Part shown: positions 62,788 to 64,000 of the stretch, one piece after another
Layout of the letters: the number at the start of each line of letters is the position of its first letter
Numbering within the stretch: the first letter of the stretch is position 1
Assembly (NCBI GenBank): GCA_965644295.1
Contig: CBFFRP010000272.1
Span: 1 to 64,000 of the forward strand
DNA length: 64,000 nt
DNA from: Paraphysomonas bandaiensis
Lineage: Eukaryota; Protista; Chrysophyceae
Direction of reading: 5' to 3'
Program-made: the position numbers and the translations under genes
Notes under the pieces: generated by a model
Told to the model about the DNA's origin: nothing
Database searches by the model: none
The model's input: only the letters and a program-made list of their open reading frames with translations

Positions 62788-64000
62788 TGTTGAGTTCTGC
62801 AATATGATGTGATATATATTGTGCAATTGAAGTGAGTTAACAGTGTGCAATTATAGGTAAAGTCAACTCATAGGTGTAACGGGTGATTATAGTAGTTACA
62901 AAGGAATTAAATTCAGTTACTGATGTGTGACTATACAAGATATAGAACTGACTGATGAACATATGATAAACAGATGTTGCTATAAGAACAGATGTTTCAA
63001 CATATGTTACACGAATATGTAGTGAAGTGTTCAGAATAATAATCATAATTTCTTACTTGAAAGTGCATTGTGTTCAACAGTAAGGTTACGGTTTACGCGT
63101 AGAGCAAAGTTAACTTCAGTGAAATGTCCATTGTTAACATGGTAGCGAGTGGTAGCTCTGATGAGGCGATGGAGGACAGCAAGGTGCTGAAGTTTGACAA
63201 GTGAAACGACACGTGTGTTGTAACGATTTGGGAGGCATGTGAACATGACGCAGATGTATTGGAGGGTGCCAACATATACATGGAGGCGACTCCCACATGA
63301 TGATCCCAATAAGGAAGCTTTGTCCAATCATATGCTTAAAACGCTTGTGGATACTGTAGGTCTAGGAGTGAGAGTTGGGAGTAGTACTCCAAAAGACTAC
63401 AGCGAAATACCAGCTTGTAAATATTGGCCAATGATATGGACGAAATAGAGATTGATAGGCTGAAATGTATTTTCTACTAAAACTGCCTTCTACACTGAGT
63501 AGAGCAGCAGAGCAGTGCAGCTGTTCATAGTTAACGAGCAGGAGTGCTGAACATACACATGAACAGAGACAGAGACAGAGTTCATCGGCGGAATGGTGCT
63601 AATATGTAGATGATGATGTCTCATCTGGAGGGGAGTCCAATAAGATAGATGGTGAAGTGCTTATGACTGAAACAGTAGACCAACGAGTGTATCTAGACAG
63701 TTGTGCCGGAAAGCAGCTATTCATTGTTGTTAAAGATCATAGAGTGCTAGAGAAATATTATGAAGCAGAGCCAGGAGTCATATCTCTGACGAAGAAGGGG
63801 TCAGCAATGGAGACTCAAGGAGTAGGAAGCTTTCAACACTGGCAAAAGAGAAGGCATCAAAGTATGTAAAGATGCGGTGAAGAATATTGTCTCAGGCGGA
63901 ATGCTGCGAGCACTGGTGTGTGGATTGGAACTACTTAGAGTACCGAGAATTGTAGAGTTAAACACTGGTAGAGAGGTACTGGTTGGAGACTATATGATGA
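62788..64000 (+). mobile_element. decayed copia-like element: putative LTR 62788-63139, PBS, broken gag and protease
   Basis: TGTT...AACA termini; PBS tggtagcgag at 63140, the same as the intact element; protease-like VYLDSCAG..GVGSF; stops and frameshifts; runs off the window end. Confidence 0.65.

Overview
Gene-dense eukaryotic DNA with short (mostly ~45-110 nt) spliceosomal introns. It most likely comes from a flagellated stramenopile, inferred from an Ocm1/Sig1-type mastigoneme protein. Host genes: HGH1, a myristoylated EF-hand protein, an OFA-type MFS transporter with a mitochondrial-like presequence, tRNA-Lys(UUU), a tandem SH3b-like protein, a PAS hybrid histidine kinase, an intronless secreted (alpha/alpha)6 glycosidase-like protein, an L/F-transferase-like protein, a bZIP factor, a PWWP-ankyrin-SET methyltransferase, a mastigoneme/YWTD protein, MORN3, ELP4, an ankyrin protein and an SLC12 cotransporter. 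Mobile DNA: an intact young Ty1/copia element with non-canonical TA..TT LTR termini, a second decayed copia, pogo and possible hAT relics, a MITE-like foldback, and a 16.7-24.6 kb nest of non-LTR retroelements around a G-poor CACTATA satellite. The most notable unexplained signal is a ~45-50 nt structured-RNA-like motif present in 9 full copies with a co-varying closing stem. It is shared by an RNase H-bearing LINE (family A) and a non-coding retroposon (family B), suggesting a LINE/SINE-like pair. All calls come from reading the sequence and motif recall only; no database searches were run.
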